A stretch of 64,000 bases of DNA from Mizuhopecten yessoensis (taxonomy: Eukaryota): NCBI RefSeq assembly GCF_002113885.1, contig NW_018406858.1, forward strand, positions 561,363 through 625,362. Direction: 5' to 3'. Of the stretch, positions 63,798-64,000 are shown one piece after another; within the stretch, counting starts at the first letter, position 1; each line of letters starts with the position of its first letter. Both the position numbers and the translations under genes were made by a program. Under the pieces are notes generated by a model. It was not told the origin of the DNA. It worked only from the letters and a program-made list of their open reading frames with translations, and did no database searches.

Positions 63798-64000
63798 GTA
63801 AGCCACCGTTATTCTATAAATAATTACTTTGAAAAGTTTTTTTACTTTAAGTGCCCATTTTTTACATCATTGTCTAATTCATAGAAATACAACAAATCAT
63901 GGACTATATTGTCTGTTTGTTATTGAAACAACTTACAAGTGCATTACATTAAGCAAGTAAACAAAAGTGTTTCTTTCGTGGCATAAAGTCAAGCCACACT

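Overview
AT-rich eukaryotic genomic DNA from a bivalve mollusc. The spliced opsin matches my recollection of the Yesso scallop (Mizuhopecten yessoensis) Gq-rhodopsin SCOP1. I reconstructed five protein-coding genes by hand from splice sites. NDUFB10 (-, 4 exons, 172 aa, mostly missed by the ORF track) lies head-to-head with RPL3 (+, 8 exons, 401 aa) across a ~420-bp bidirectional promoter. The others are a single-exon ANKRD63-like gene (+), the Gq-opsin (-, 4 exons, 499 aa) and the 5' part of a secreted SRCR-domain gene (+). RPL3 intron 5 hosts a SNORD83-type C/D snoRNA. The rest is LINE remnants, SINEs, MITEs, ten minisatellites and one N-gap. The most interesting observations are: (1) a candidate snoRNA-like RNA switch in RPL3 intron 3 whose stem hides a stop-codon-introducing alternative 3' splice site; (2) RPL3-NDUFB10 divergent linkage mirroring human RPL3L-NDUFB10; (3) a minisatellite made of six copies of the NDUFB10 last-exon splice acceptor; (4) a minimal Penelope-type hammerhead ribozyme in a TSD-flanked insertion. 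All calls are by eye; no searches were run.
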